Of a DNA stretch of 58,188 nt, positions 17,735 to 26,807 are shown one piece after another. Each line of letters starts with the position of its first letter. The first letter of the stretch is position 1. Both the position numbers and the translations under genes were made by a program. Below the pieces are notes generated by a model. That model saw only the letters and a list, made by a program, of their open reading frames with translations, did no database searches and was not told the DNA's origin. The stretch is from Deltaproteobacteria bacterium (lineage in GTDB: Bacteria > Desulfobacterota > Binatia > HRBIN30), in assembly GCA_016200585.1 (NCBI GenBank), contig JACQEN010000103.1:1-58188 (forward strand), in the 5' to 3' direction.

Positions 17735-19066
17735 ATGGGCGCGAAGGAAAGTCTGACGATCACCGACAACCGAACCGGGAAGCAGTACGAGATTCCCATC
17801 GAGAACGGGACGATTCGCACCGCCGACCTGAAGAAGATCAAAGCGTCCCCTGAGGACGGGGGCTTGGTGGGCTACGACCCGGCATTGACCAACACCGCGA
17901 CTTGTAAGAGCCGCATCACGTATATCGACGGGGATGCCGGAATCCTGCGCTATCGCGGCTATCCGATCGAAGAGTTGGCCGAGAAGAGCACCTACCTCGA
18001 GACCGCCTACCTCATTGTCAAAGGCGAGTTGCCCGACGGCAAGCATTTGAAGGCATGGCAAAACAACATCATCGCGCACACGATGGTGCACGAGAACATC
18101 AAGCGCTTCATGGACGGCTTTCGCTACGACGCCCACCCGATGGGGATTCTGGTCGGGACGATCGGGGCGCTGTCGACGTTTTATACCGATGCCAAGGATA
18201 TTTTCGATCTCGAGTCGCGCCGCCTGCAGACGCGCCGCCTGATCGGCAAGATGCCGACGATTGCCGCGGCGGCCTATCGCCACAGTCGCGGGCTGCCGTA
18301 TGTCTACCCCGACAACAACCTGAGCTACACGGGCAACTTCCTTTCGATGCTGCACAAGATGACCGAGCTGGTTTACAAGCCGGACCCTGTGCTCGAGCGG
18401 GCGTTGGACGTGTTGTTCATCCTGCATGCCGATCACGAGCAAAACTGTTCGACCAACGCTCTGCGCAGCGTCGCCAGCTCGCAAGTCGATCCATACTCGG
18501 CTGTGGCGGCGGCCGTAGCGGCGCTTTACGGTCCACTGCACGGCGGCGCCAACGAAGCGGTGATCCGTATGCTCATGGAGATCGGCTCGGCCGACAGGGT
18601 CCCCGCCTACATCGACAAGTTCAAGAAGGGCGAGGGCCGCCTGATGGGGTTCGGCCACCGCGTTTACAAGAACTACGACCCGCGAGCCAAGATCATCAAA
18701 CGGGTTGCCGACGAGGTCTTCGGGGTCACCGGTAAGAATCCGCTGATCGATATCGCGCTCGAGCTCGAGCGTATCGCTCTGCAGGACGATTACTTCGTCA
18801 GCCGCAAGCTCTATCCGAACGTCGATTTCTATTCCGGGATCATCTACCAGGCGATGGGATTTCCGCTGACCATGTTCCCGGTGCTCTTTGCGATCCCGCG
18901 GACTGCCGGTTGGATGGCGCAGTGGGCCGAGCTGGTGCGTGATTCCGAGCAGAAGATCACGCGGCCGCGGCAGGTCTATATCGGTGAGCAAGTGCGCGAT
19001 TACATTCCGATCGAGAAGCGTCCGGAACCCGATATGCGCGAAGACTCGGTCAGCGTCGAAATCTAG
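17735..19066 (+). CDS. gltA: citrate synthase (type II)
   Basis: The start is ATG 17735 (ORF track begins at 17579). MGAKESLTITDNRTGKQYEIPIENGTIRTADL...ILRYRGYPIEELAE...HADHEQNCSTN...GPLHGGANE...MGFGHRVYKNYDPRA are citrate synthase signatures. Confidence 0.95.
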   Translation: MGAKESLTITDNRTGKQYEIPIENGTIRTADLKKIKASPEDGGLVGYDPALTNTATCKSRITYIDGDAGILRYRGYPIEELAEKSTYLETAYLIVKGELPDGKHLKAWQNNIIAHTMVHENIKRFMDGFRYDAHPMGILVGTIGALSTFYTDAKDIFDLESRRLQTRRLIGKMPTIAAAAYRHSRGLPYVYPDNNLSYTGNFLSMLHKMTELVYKPDPVLERALDVLFILHADHEQNCSTNALRSVASSQVDPYSAVAAAVAALYGPLHGGANEAVIRMLMEIGSADRVPAYIDKFKKGEGRLMGFGHRVYKNYDPRAKIIKRVADEVFGVTGKNPLIDIALELERIALQDDYFVSRKLYPNVDFYSGIIYQAMGFPLTMFPVLFAIPRTAGWMAQWAELVRDSEQKITRPRQVYIGEQVRDYIPIEKRPEPDMREDSVSVEI

Positions 19067-19086
19067 CGAGCTCGTCGAGAGTCTAT

Positions 19087-19133
19087 AGTCGACAGTTCAA
19101 GGCGTTGCGGGCGGCAGCCCTCGACTGTCGACT
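19087..19133. terminator. GC-rich hairpin between convergent gltA and DUF2064 genes (possible bidirectional terminator)
   Basis: AGTCGACAGT (19087..19096) pairs perfectly with ACTGTCGACT (19124..19133). The 27-nt loop contains an inner GGGC/GCCC stem. There is no U-tract. Confidence 0.4.
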
Positions 19134-19145
19134 CGATTGTTGCGC

Positions 19146-19787
19146 TCAACGCAGCCGGGCGAGAACGGCCAACGTCGCTGGCAGGCGCGGTGCATCGGGA
19201 TCGCTGTCGAGCTGACGCTGCAGGGCGCGAACGTCTTTGCCTGCGTCGATGTCGAAGCTCGACGGCAGCAAGTGTACCCGCAGTCCTTGCCTGGCGGCCT
19301 TTTCGATGGTCTGCGCGCAAACGTGGCTGGTGCCCATGACGATACCGCTGAAGACGTCGTGCGGATGATTCATGGCGATGAGGTAGTAGCCGCCGTCGTC
19401 GCATGGGCCGAGAACGACATCGTGATCGCCGAGTCGTTGCTCGGCTTCGACGATCCAAGCGCTACGGATGTGAGGTGAGTCGGTTCCGATCATGATCAGC
19501 GGTGCGCAATTTGCCAGGCGCCGAAACGCTTCATGCATGCGCTCGCCGAGATTGGCGCCGTGCTGCGGCTGGCAGTCGGCGCCGGACGGCAGGAGCGCAG
19601 CGAAATCACGGTCCGGCGGATGAAACATCCAAACGACCGGGATCGGACCACCGACAAAGCGGGCTGCAAGGTCGTCGAGAAAGGCGCGGTAGAGATCGCG
19701 GGCCGCGGGCGCTCCGAGCTCGGCGGCAAGCCGCGATTTCACCCGACCGAGCTCCGGGTAGCGCGCCATGATCACCAAGGTGCCCAT
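19146..19787 (-). CDS. DUF2064 / TIGR04282-like glycosyltransferase-fold protein
   Basis: 213 aa. VIMARYPELGRVKSRLA...MIGTDSPH...VLGPCDDGGYYLIAM matches the DUF2064 pattern as I recall it. Confidence 0.75.
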   Translation of the reverse strand: MGTLVIMARYPELGRVKSRLAAELGAPAARDLYRAFLDDLAARFVGGPIPVVWMFHPPDRDFAALLPSGADCQPQHGANLGERMHEAFRRLANCAPLIMIGTDSPHIRSAWIVEAEQRLGDHDVVLGPCDDGGYYLIAMNHPHDVFSGIVMGTSHVCAQTIEKAARQGLRVHLLPSSFDIDAGKDVRALQRQLDSDPDAPRLPATLAVLARLR

Positions 19788-19850
19788 GGACGAGCGCTAG
19801 GCGTCGCCGCTCAACGGGTCAAGACGAGCCGTGCCGCGCGCTCCGGAACT

Positions 19851-20246
19851 TCAACCGGCGTCGGCAGCTGGTTGATCGTCGCAACGACCGAGCAGCTCCT
19901 CGACGGTACGGATCAAAGCCCGTGGGTCGAAAGGCTTGTGCAGGATGGCATCGGGCCGGATACGGTGTGCGAAGCGCTCGGTGTCCGGTGCATCCGCGGG
20001 TACGGCCACGATGAGTCGGGGTCTGTCGCGGCGATCGAATTGCCGGTGTAGTTCCTGGACGGTGCGCAGGCCGTTGACCCCGCTGGTTTCGAGGTCGAGA
20101 AGAACAAGATCGGTATCGTCGAGAGAAGCTGGGTCGATCTGGCTGCCTGACAACGTCCGCACCGAGAAGTCGCGCAGCTCGAGCAGTGTCGCAGCGATGA
20201 TCCGCACGTTCGCGTCGTCGTCGATGATCGTAATCCTTGGATTCAT
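19851..20246 (-). CDS. single-domain response regulator (CheY-like receiver)
   Basis: 131 aa. It has the IIDDD acidic pocket, the phospho-acceptor Asp in LVLLDLETSG and the conserved Lys in ILHKPF. Confidence 0.85.
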   Translation of the reverse strand: MNPRITIIDDDANVRIIAATLLELRDFSVRTLSGSQIDPASLDDTDLVLLDLETSGVNGLRTVQELHRQFDRRDRPRLIVAVPADAPDTERFAHRIRPDAILHKPFDPRALIRTVEELLGRCDDQPAADAG

Positions 20247-20374
20247 ATTCGTCTCCTTCTGCCCCCGGAGCAGTCGGTAACTGCCGCTTCTTCTTGGTTT
20301 GCCTTCGGACGTGCGAGCACCACAGGATATTCGGCCGGCGGTGAAAGAAATCCGCCGAACGGAACTGGGGCGGG

Positions 20375-20800
20375 CTAGCGCAGCTTCAGGATGACGCGCA
20401 CCGTATCGTCGGCCTGGGCTTCATCGATGTAGCCGATGGCGCCGGCTTCGCTGGCGACGTAGCGTTTGACGGAGGCGTCCGAAGACAAGGTCAGGGGCGG
20501 AAAGACACCCTGAAAATACTGCTCGTTCCAATACGCCGCCAGGTCCGTGCTGCTGCGGCCGATGACCAGTCGCGAAAAGGTCTCGCGGTCTTCCGAGCCC
20601 GACTCGCGGTTGACTGGGACGATCGCTTCGCCGCTACTCCAGAATCGGCGCTGCAGCAGAAAAATGCGCGCGATCTCGGCGCGCCGCGGCATATCTTTGC
20701 GCGATGGGTGGACGATGACCACCAGCGCATCCCCGGCGTCGGCGGTGCGAATCGCCGGCGCCGCGAGCAGCAGACTGAGAAACAGGATCGTGCGCCTCAT
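20375..20800 (-). CDS. small periplasmic PstS-like / type-2 substrate-binding-fold protein
   Basis: 141 aa. Signal peptide MRRTILFLSLLLAAPAIRTADA, followed by VIVHPS...IARIFLLQRRFWSSGEAIVPVNRESGS...VASEAGAIGYID. It starts 7 nt after the stop of the upstream porin-like gene, indicating an operon. Confidence 0.65.
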   Translation of the reverse strand: MRRTILFLSLLLAAPAIRTADAGDALVVIVHPSRKDMPRRAEIARIFLLQRRFWSSGEAIVPVNRESGSEDRETFSRLVIGRSSTDLAAYWNEQYFQGVFPPLTLSSDASVKRYVASEAGAIGYIDEAQADDTVRVILKLR

Positions 20801-20807
20801 GGTGGCA

Positions 20808-21905
20808 TCAGAACAAGAGTGAAAAGGAAGTTAGGAATCCCGCCGGCGACGTATCGTTGCGGTGATCGGCGAAGACGTATTCGAGCTTGAAGATGGTGTA
20901 GGGGGTAGGACGGTACGCCAGCGCCGGCACGACAAGATTGATCTCGCGTTGCGGCGCACGTTGATCGAAATGCTCGTAGCGGAGGACGGTCCACAATCCG
21001 CCACCGATCGACCAGGCGCATTGAACGTACCCGCCCCACTGGCGCGACCGCGGTCCGTTCGGCACACCGACGATGGCTTCGCTTGACAGCTCGATCCGTG
21101 AGGCGCGCCACGCGGCGTCGATGCCTGCGACGTGTTCCCACTCGTTGCTCAGGCGTTGGGCGAGATACGACGCTCCAATGCTGGCCCCGCTCAGCCAGCT
21201 GTACTCAGCGCGGGCGCCGGCCGTGTGTTTGGCACTGACGACTTCTTCGTGCGGCGGCGCTACCGTGTTGAGGAATTGGCTGTAGACCGCGTAGGCCAGG
21301 GAGCTGTCGTCCAAGAGCGCGCCCTGCACCACAACCCCGGTCGTATGCGTGTCGAATCCGACCAGGGTCGTTAGCGGACGGGAGGTTGTCCAAACCAACG
21401 GTTGCGCGTGTATGACGTTCCAGCGCCCCACGGGTGTGAGAAACTGCCCGAAACGTAGTTCGAGACCGTCGGAGACGGTGAAGGCCCCGTAAAGTCGCTC
21501 GACGGCAAATTTCTGCGCATTGGTCCCGCCGCGACCGTGATCGTCGACACGCAGGAGATCTTCCTCCTCCAATTCCGAAAAGAGGTGCAGCCGCGCCACC
21601 GGCCGATACGTCACGAACAGACTGAGATCGTCGAGCGCGGCGGTTGCCGGCCCGCCTTCCGGCCTCTCGATCCCTACACCCGTGTAGCCGCCGAGCGTCA
21701 ACCCGGTGTTTCCGACGCGCAAGCCGCGACCGGGCTCATACTGAATCGCTCCGATGGCAGAGGGCAGGTCGACAAGTGTCTTGTCGCCGACGGCGGTAGA
21801 TTCAGTCGCCGGCTGCCCGGCGTCCGGCCCTTGCATTGCGCCAGCGCGACTATTCGGCAGTAGGAGCAGGCTGAAAACGAGAATGAGATCTAAAAGGTGG
21901 ATCAT
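20808..21905 (-). CDS. outer-membrane beta-barrel (porin-like) protein
   Basis: 365 aa. It has a signal peptide, alternating amphipathic beta-strand pattern, many Tyr/Gly residues, and a C-terminal ...SFSLLF with terminal Phe typical of OMPs. Confidence 0.65.
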   Translation of the reverse strand: MIHLLDLILVFSLLLLPNSRAGAMQGPDAGQPATESTAVGDKTLVDLPSAIGAIQYEPGRGLRVGNTGLTLGGYTGVGIERPEGGPATAALDDLSLFVTYRPVARLHLFSELEEEDLLRVDDHGRGGTNAQKFAVERLYGAFTVSDGLELRFGQFLTPVGRWNVIHAQPLVWTTSRPLTTLVGFDTHTTGVVVQGALLDDSSLAYAVYSQFLNTVAPPHEEVVSAKHTAGARAEYSWLSGASIGASYLAQRLSNEWEHVAGIDAAWRASRIELSSEAIVGVPNGPRSRQWGGYVQCAWSIGGGLWTVLRYEHFDQRAPQREINLVVPALAYRPTPYTIFKLEYVFADHRNDTSPAGFLTSFSLLF

Positions 21906-21924
21906 GTCGAAAATTTATCGTGCC

Positions 21925-21940
21925 TGGCTCGTTCTTTGCT
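21925..21940 (+). promoter_or_regulatory. sigma-54-like -24/-12 element upstream of the HK/NtrC operon
   Basis: TGGCTCgttctTTGCT matches 9/10 of TGGCAC-N5-TTGC with correct GG-N10-GC spacing. It lies ~70 nt upstream of the GTG 22010 start I prefer for the kinase. Confidence 0.4.
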
Positions 21941-22009
21941 TTACGAATCTCACCGATAGTTGCATTCCACAAACCGCCGAAGCATGACGCAGACAACGCG
22001 GGGCCGCAA

Positions 22010-23806
22010 GTGAGGAATCTCATCCGCCACATCGCTTTGTCCCTTAGGGGCAAGTTGCTGCTGTTTGCCTTTGTCTTGGTCATCGTTCCGGGCGTTGTTT
22101 TTGGGCTGTTGACGATTACGAGCACGCGCCGCGCCCTCGAGGGAGCGGTCGGACGGCAGCTGGCGGAGGTGGCGGAAGATACGGCTTCGGAGGTCTCGGA
22201 ACGTTTGCTGCGCGAGCAGGCGACCATGCACACCTGGGCCAAGCAAGAGGTCATGCGCGAGCTCTTCATCGGCGACATTGACAAGCACATATCGCGATTC
22301 CTGGCGTCCCTTCGTGCCAGCGACAGCGGCTTCTTGCGCTTGATTTGCGTCGACGTCAACGGCCGAGTGATCGCTTCGAGCGACCCGGCTTTGATCGGCC
22401 GCGACGAAAGCGGGCAAGCGTGGTGGCAAGGTGTCGCCGGCGGCGAGGATTTTCTGGCCGGACCATTCCGGGCGGGCGAGCTTGATGCACCGGTGTTCGC
22501 CATCGCTGTTCCGGTTGTCGATCCGGAACACGGTTCGGAACGGCGCGGCGGCATGTTGGGGTTGCTCAATTGGGACCGCTTCACTGCGGTGTCCAATCGG
22601 ATTCAACGCAACTCCCAACGTCACAAGTTCCGCGTTGACATCGACCTGCTCGATAACGCGGGCAACGTCATCGCCGAAGCGGCGGTGGTGCACGGTCCTT
22701 CTCTCGTCGGCAAGAACCTGCGCCAGGAAGGTTGGCGTTCGGCTCAGGTATTGCCCGTCACCGACCCCGGATTCCTGCGTGACCGCGGGGCCGACGCTTT
22801 GGTGGGTTTGGCGCGCGTTCCCGAGCTTCGTTTTCAATGGACCGTGATTGTCCGGCAGCCGCTGGAGGAGGCTTTTGCGGAGGCCTACCGGCTGCAGCGC
22901 CGCTTGTCGATCTTGTTGACCGGGGTGCTTCTCGTTGCCATGGGTGTCGCGTTGCTGTTCGCCGAGCGGCTAGGACGCCCGCTGCGTCAGCTCAAAGCGG
23001 CCACGCGCGCGATTGCCGAGACCGGTGCGGCTCCGGATCCGATCGAAGTCCGCTCGCGCGACGAAATCGGTGCATTGGCGATTGCCTTCAACCGGATGTC
23101 GCGGCAGCTACAGCGTGCCCAGAGTGATTTGGTGACAGCGGCCAAGTTTGCGTTCGTCGGCGAAGTGGCAGCCGGCGTGGCGCACGAGGTGCGCACGCCG
23201 TTGGGAATTTTGCGCAGCTCGGCCCAGCTCTTGCGCCGGTCGGCGCCGAGCGATTCCGAGGCTATCGAGTTGGTCGATATGATCGTCGGCGAAGTCGACC
23301 GGCTCGACCGCGTCGTCGCTCAACTGCTGGAGCTGGCGCGTCCGCGCGAACCGATTGTCGAGCCGACGGCGTTGGGGCCTCTACTCGGCCGCGCCATGGA
23401 GTTCATTCATGCGCGTGCCGCGGAAGCGGGTATCAAGGTCGAGGGCAATCTCAAGTCGTCGATCCGGCGGGCGCGCTGCGATCCGGAGCAGATCTATCAG
23501 GTGACCCTCAATCTGCTTGTCAACGCGTTGCAGGCGATGCCGCACGGCGGCCGCCTGTCCGTCAAAACCGCTGCCGGAGCCAACGGCTACGTCGGATTCA
23601 CGGTGAGCGACACAGGCTCTGGGATGACCCCGGATGTCATGGAAAAGATCTTCACGCCGTTCTTCACGCGCCGTCAGGGGGGGACAGGCCTGGGATTGGC
23701 TTTCGTGCAACGAACGATTCAAGCGCATCACGGCCAGGTTCACGTGCACAGCGAAGTTGGTCATGGGACGACCTTCAAGATCGATCTGCCTGCTGTGGAG
23801 GAATGA
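22010..23806 (+). CDS. sensor histidine kinase (periplasmic sensor, HAMP, HisKA, HATPase)
   Basis: The ORF track starts at 21920. I prefer GTG 22010 (VRNLIRHIALSLRGKLLLFAFVLVIVPG, a typical N-terminus plus TM1). It has a second TM plus HAMP (LSILLTGVLLVAMGVALLFAERLGRPLRQL), the H-box AGVAHEVRTPLG, and N/G boxes (LLVNALQAM, DTGSGM, GGTGLGLA). Confidence 0.9.
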   Translation: MRNLIRHIALSLRGKLLLFAFVLVIVPGVVFGLLTITSTRRALEGAVGRQLAEVAEDTASEVSERLLREQATMHTWAKQEVMRELFIGDIDKHISRFLASLRASDSGFLRLICVDVNGRVIASSDPALIGRDESGQAWWQGVAGGEDFLAGPFRAGELDAPVFAIAVPVVDPEHGSERRGGMLGLLNWDRFTAVSNRIQRNSQRHKFRVDIDLLDNAGNVIAEAAVVHGPSLVGKNLRQEGWRSAQVLPVTDPGFLRDRGADALVGLARVPELRFQWTVIVRQPLEEAFAEAYRLQRRLSILLTGVLLVAMGVALLFAERLGRPLRQLKAATRAIAETGAAPDPIEVRSRDEIGALAIAFNRMSRQLQRAQSDLVTAAKFAFVGEVAAGVAHEVRTPLGILRSSAQLLRRSAPSDSEAIELVDMIVGEVDRLDRVVAQLLELARPREPIVEPTALGPLLGRAMEFIHARAAEAGIKVEGNLKSSIRRARCDPEQIYQVTLNLLVNALQAMPHGGRLSVKTAAGANGYVGFTVSDTGSGMTPDVMEKIFTPFFTRRQGGTGLGLAFVQRTIQAHHGQVHVHSEVGHGTTFKIDLPAVEE

Positions 23807-25167
23807 ACAGAATGAGACGAGTGCTGGTTATTGACGACGAGCGCAAAATGCGGCGTGTCCTGCAAATCCTGCTTGAAAAGATGGGTCTGCAATCGATCGC
23901 TGCCGAGAGCGGTGAGGAAGCGCTGGCGATTTTTTCCGAGTCGAAGGTCGACCTCGTGCTGACCGATCTACGCCTTCCCGGAATCGATGGCGTCGCGGTG
24001 CTGCAACGTCTGCGAGAAATGGACTCCGACGTGCCGGTGATCCTGTTGACGGCTCACGCCACGGTGCAGACTGCCGTCGATGCGATGAAGCTCGGAGCGT
24101 TTGATTACTTGCTCAAGCCGTTCGACGTTCAGGCGGTGGAAGGGGTGATTCGCAACGCCCTGGAGATGCGCCGTCAGCGCACCGAAAATCGTTTCTTGCG
24201 GGAACAACTTGGCCTCGACGTTGGATTCGAAAGCATCATCGGCACCGCGCCGCCGATGCGGGCGATTTTCGAGCTGATTCAACAAATCGCTCCGACCAAA
24301 ACCTCAGTGCTGATCACCGGCGAAACCGGAACCGGCAAGGAGCTGGTGGCGCGGGCGATCCACAATCTCAGTCCGCGGCGTGACAAGCTCTTCGTACCGC
24401 TCAACTGCGCGGCGATTCCAGCCGACTTGCTGGAGAGCGAGCTCTTTGGCCACACGCGGGGTGCTTTTACCGGCGCCCAGGCCGAAAGAACCGGAAAGTT
24501 CGAAGTCGCCGACGGGGGCACGTTGTTCCTCGATGAGATCGGCGACATGGCCTACGCGCTGCAAGCCAAGCTGTTGCGCGTGCTGCAAGAGGAGGTCATC
24601 GAACGCATCGGCAGCAACAAGTCGGTCAAGGTCGACGTCCGAGTCGTATCGTCGACCAATCGCGATCTCGCGACGAACATGCGCGAGGGCCGCTTCCGAG
24701 AGGATCTTTTCTATCGGCTCAATGTATTTCACTTGCACCTGCCGCCCTTGCGCGAACGGCGCAGTGATATCGGCGCGTTGGCGGCTTCCTTCGTCGCGGA
24801 TTTTGGTGAAGAGCTCGGAAAAGGCGCGCTCACACTTGCCGCTGACGTCGTTCCCCACCTCGAGCAATACGAATGGCCGGGCAATGTTCGCGAGCTACGG
24901 AATTTGATGGAACGTGCCGCGGTGCTGTGCGACGGCAAAGAGGTTAGCCTGCCTTTGGTGCGTTTGCTGCTGCCGGTGGTGTCGGCCAACGATCCTGCCG
25001 AAAGCACGTCGAACGGCTTCCGCCTCGATTCGGCGGTGGAAGAAGTCGAACGCAAATTGATCTTGCGCGTTCTCGGAACCACCAACGACAACAAGGCCGA
25101 AGCAGCCCGCCTGCTCGGCGTCAGTGAACGCACATTGTGGTACAAGCTCAAACGATACGGTCTGTGA
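23803..25167 (+). CDS. sigma-54-dependent response regulator (NtrC family enhancer-binding protein)
   Basis: 454 aa. It has a receiver (VLVIDDE...LVLTDLRLPG), an AAA+ domain with GETGTGKE Walker A, ESELFGHTRGAFTGA (GAFTGA loop) and a C-terminal Fis-type HTH (AARLLGVSERTLWYKLKRYGL). An ATGA overlap links it to the kinase stop. Confidence 0.94.
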   Translation: MNRMRRVLVIDDERKMRRVLQILLEKMGLQSIAAESGEEALAIFSESKVDLVLTDLRLPGIDGVAVLQRLREMDSDVPVILLTAHATVQTAVDAMKLGAFDYLLKPFDVQAVEGVIRNALEMRRQRTENRFLREQLGLDVGFESIIGTAPPMRAIFELIQQIAPTKTSVLITGETGTGKELVARAIHNLSPRRDKLFVPLNCAAIPADLLESELFGHTRGAFTGAQAERTGKFEVADGGTLFLDEIGDMAYALQAKLLRVLQEEVIERIGSNKSVKVDVRVVSSTNRDLATNMREGRFREDLFYRLNVFHLHLPPLRERRSDIGALAASFVADFGEELGKGALTLAADVVPHLEQYEWPGNVRELRNLMERAAVLCDGKEVSLPLVRLLLPVVSANDPAESTSNGFRLDSAVEEVERKLILRVLGTTNDNKAEAARLLGVSERTLWYKLKRYGL

Positions 25168-25404
25168 AGCACGCGATCCGTGAAGAGTTTTGCGCGGTTT
25201 TCTCGGGCGTACTGCAAGCATTTGCGGAATCGGGCCGATTGTCGGTCGTTTGCCCGCGCCATCCATGGGCAATGCCAGGGTGAGTTGGTGGCAAACGAGT
25301 GGGCGTTGCCCAAGGTGCAACAAACAGCAGTCTCATGCGAAAAATCCGCAAGGAATTGCACGACGGCGCGGTCGTGAATGTTCGCCGCGGTTTGCTGTTA
25401 ACCG

Positions 25405-25420
25405 TGGCATGACGGTTGCG
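25405..25420 (+). promoter_or_regulatory. sigma-54 -24/-12 promoter candidate
   Basis: TGGCATgacggTTGCg has GG and GC at canonical spacing, with only C6->T relative to TGGCAC-N5-TTGC. It lies 238 nt after the NtrC-family gene stop and about 100 nt before the small ORF at 25520. Confidence 0.55.
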
Positions 25421-25519
25421 TTACTTTGGTTTTGATACGCAACGAAGGGCGACCGGACGCGAATCGATCTTCAGGATCAAGTGGCGGCGCTTCGGGAAAA
25501 AAACTGGCGGGGCACGAGC

Positions 25520-25678
25520 ATGTTGAAGAGCAGGCGAATTGGAGTGCAAGCGATCGCGTTGGCGCTGGTGCTTCTCGGGATTCTGATCGGCGCCGTGGCG
25601 ATCGTCGGTGCGGCGACGATTCCGTCTGCCGCCGATCGAGCCGGTGAGACCGTCGTCGCGAGCGTCTTGGCGAGATGA
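25520..25678 (+). CDS. hypothetical 52-aa single-pass membrane peptide
   Basis: MLKSRRIGVQAIALALVLLGILIGAVAIVGAATIPSAADRAGETVVASVLAR has a basic N-terminus plus one clear TM helix. The SD is weak. An alternative GTG 25481 exists. It could instead be non-coding RNA. Confidence 0.3.
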   Translation: MLKSRRIGVQAIALALVLLGILIGAVAIVGAATIPSAADRAGETVVASVLAR

Positions 25679-25849
25679 AGTGAGTGATCTGATGCTGACC
25701 TGCCCAATGGTGGCGGGACATCATCAGGTTGGCCGGTTTCCAGCCGCTTGGCCCCCCCTTGCTGCCGTTGGAAGCCGGCCGTTCCTTTTCGCAGGATCGA
25801 CGGTCGTAGGAGCCCGCCTGGTGCCCGTTGCTCTTGCCGCGGTGAACGC

Positions 25850-25877
25850 TTGACTGGTTTGTGTTCTGGCCTATGAG
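25850..25877 (+). promoter_or_regulatory. sigma-70-type promoter candidate for the esterase gene
   Basis: TTGACT-N16-TATGAG, 30 nt upstream of ATG 25908. A GGGAGG SD sits in between. Confidence 0.35.
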
Positions 25878-25907
25878 GGATGAATTCCACCTCGGGGAGG
25901 CGTCGCC

Positions 25908-26801
25908 ATGGCCAGTGAATCGTTGAGCATGATCGTCGAGCTGCTGCGTTCGCAGCAGATGCTAGGTGAGCGACCGGTTGAAGAAATGCGCGCCGGCATG
26001 GAGGCGATGACGCAAATCATGCCGGTGCCTGGCGACGTGGTCTGTGAAAGGCTCGATGCCGGCGGAGTTGCGGCCGAAAAGGTTTCGACGCCGGGTATCA
26101 ACATGGATCGCGTCATTCTGTATCTGCATGGCGGCGGTTACGTTCTGGGCTCGATCAACACGCATCGCGACCTGGCGCAGCGTCTGTCGCGCGCCGCCTC
26201 CGCCTGCGTCGTGCTGATCGACTATCGCCTGGCCCCCGAACATCCGCATCCGGCGGCAGTTGACGACGCGACCGCTGCCTATCGTTGGTTGATCGACCAG
26301 GGTGTGAAGGCGCGAAACATCGTCATCGCCGGCGATTCCGCCGGCGGCGGCCTGACGGTTGCCACCCTCGTCGCATTGCGCGACGCCAAGCAACCCTTGC
26401 CGGCCGCGGCTGTCTGCTTGTCGCCGTGGGTGGATCTCGAGGGCATCGGGGAATCGATGACGAGCAAAGCGGCCGTCGACCCGATGGTCCAACGCACGCC
26501 GTTGCTGCGCATGGCCGCCCTGTATCTGGGTGGCAAGGACCCGCGTACGCCGCTATGCGCGCCGCTGTATGCCGACCTCAGCGGCCTGCCGCCGCTGTTG
26601 ATTCAAGTCGGCACCGCGGAAACGTTGCTCGACGATTCTGTGCGCTTGGCCGAGCGCGCCAAGAAATCCGGTGTCGGCGTGACGCTCGAACCGTGGGACG
26701 ACATGATTCACGTCTTCCAGGCGTTTGCCGCCATGCTGCCGGAAGGCCAACAGGCCATCGAGCGCGTCGGCGAGTTCGTGCGTCAGCATACGCCGTTGTA
26801 G
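25908..26801 (+). CDS. alpha/beta hydrolase, hormone-sensitive-lipase (family IV) type esterase/lipase
   Basis: 297 aa. It has the LYLHGGGYVLGS (HGGG oxyanion motif) and GDSAGGGL (GDSAG nucleophile elbow). Confidence 0.9.
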   Translation: MASESLSMIVELLRSQQMLGERPVEEMRAGMEAMTQIMPVPGDVVCERLDAGGVAAEKVSTPGINMDRVILYLHGGGYVLGSINTHRDLAQRLSRAASACVVLIDYRLAPEHPHPAAVDDATAAYRWLIDQGVKARNIVIAGDSAGGGLTVATLVALRDAKQPLPAAAVCLSPWVDLEGIGESMTSKAAVDPMVQRTPLLRMAALYLGGKDPRTPLCAPLYADLSGLPPLLIQVGTAETLLDDSVRLAERAKKSGVGVTLEPWDDMIHVFQAFAAMLPEGQQAIERVGEFVRQHTPL

Positions 26802-26807
26802 TCCGGA

